DNA of 64,000 bases from Ptychomitrium polyphyllum (lineage: Eukaryota): the NCBI GenBank assembly GCA_973851085.1, contig OZ316775.1, forward strand, positions 9,920,001-9,984,000, written 5' to 3'. The notes below the pieces were generated by a model. That model was not told the DNA's origin and made no database searches. It saw nothing but the letters and a program-made list of their open reading frames with translations. Positions 62,692 through 64,000 of this stretch are shown in pieces. The position numbers and the translations under genes are program-made. Each line of letters opens with the position of its first letter. The first letter of the stretch is position 1.

Positions 62692-64000
62692 GGCGGAAGA
62701 TCGAAATCCTGTGACGAGCTCGTGCTGCGAAGGCGAAAGCAAAAGGTCTACAAAGCAGTGTTTCCGAAACAAATGAGCGCCCCCGCTCTCCAACACTTCG
62801 GATGCTCTCTGTTCGTCAAGGGATGCACACAACCAGTCTGCATCATCTATACAAGCCGTACATTTCTCAGAAAACAATCTATGCAGGACGTAGAGCATGA
62901 TGAACTCAGCCACTACCTGAATTACGTGGATGGAAAAAAGACGACATCTGCCACTGTGCATGAGCTAAACCTTATCTACCGTTTTTCTAGAGAATACAGT
63001 ACGATATGTGCATATATTGGTAGAGAATGCCGGTTCTTGGTACAGCGACGGTTTTTCGTGCGCGTCCTATAATTCGTGGTGTGAGGCGTGAGTGCCCATT
63101 CTGACAAACCATGGATGATTTTTCCGCTTGACTCTGTTTACGGATGAAAGTAGAGTGGCTCTTTAGTGACGGCTTTCATCCAATTCGCGGAATGTTGTGG
63201 TCAGTGCTCCTTTATTAAATTATGGTTCTCCTGACAATCATGCTGCAAAGTTGCAGCTCATGAAGGGAGTGGTCCTTAAATCAATGAATATTCTCCTCAA
63301 AATTAGAGGTTGCAATCCAATTTGAAACATACATACTTTGATTGGCAAATAAAGAGCAATTTGTTGTAAAAAGAATGTAAGAGTTGGAGGAGTTACTTAA
63401 AACTGCTTGAGAAAAATTCAAAAGTATAGACGTTTTACTAGTCTATGTTGTGATCACATATTCGTTCCAACTTCATTCTATTTGAAATGGGGCATAAGTG
63501 CACCTACTACTTGACGGTAATGGAGATATGCTAGTTTTGATACCACAAGCGTTATTTGTTAGGAGTGTTTTGAAATATGTATAAAAAAATTTAAAAATTT
63601 GTTGAATACAATTTCAATACTAGAAAAATAATTTTTTGATTGTGATCCTTGATGATTTTTGAAAGCGGAATCTAATGCATAGAATTACAATATATTTTTA
63701 AGAAACATTAGTATGTTTAATTGGATAAATAGAAAAATCCCATAAAATGCACATAAATATGTGGGTTCTCTAAATCAACATACAGCCCAAAAACCAAAAC
63801 TTTCATAATACAACTAGAGGTCTCAGTTTCAAGGAACTTGTTAAAGCCTGTATGAGCTATTTGATAACAGTTCCTTTGTCCTATGACTTCTAGAAAGAAA
63901 TCAGAAAATTTGCCAAGTCAGTGTATTAACATTTAGATTGCGCAGGTGACCCAAATGCATGCTTAGGTGTCCCACCCCAAAATGCTTACTTGTATGTTTG

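Overview
Eukaryotic, intron-rich nuclear DNA from a land plant; protein divergence and intron style suggest a moss, which is inference. Intact genes read from the sequence: 60S ribosomal protein L17/uL22 (+), L-threonine aldolase (+, one GC-AG intron), an intronless METTL6/Trm140-like methyltransferase (-), a conserved uncharacterised protein (+), pyruvate decarboxylase (-), PHF1/SEC12-like phosphate transporter traffic facilitator (-, tandem P1BS pair upstream), an F-box/kelch protein (-) and coatomer gamma (-). Decayed sequences lie between them: a pogo-like DDE transposase fossil, an L-type lectin receptor kinase pseudogene, an intron-retaining DONSON pseudogene, and a gene whose C-terminus resembles animal SPIDR (DUF4502) but has an early in-frame stop. 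A chain of five canonical introns with no clear ORF lies downstream of the F-box/kelch stop codon. I found no rRNA, tRNA or CRISPR and no clearly new multi-gene system. All homology calls come from recalled motifs, not database searches, and exon coordinates were hand-derived.
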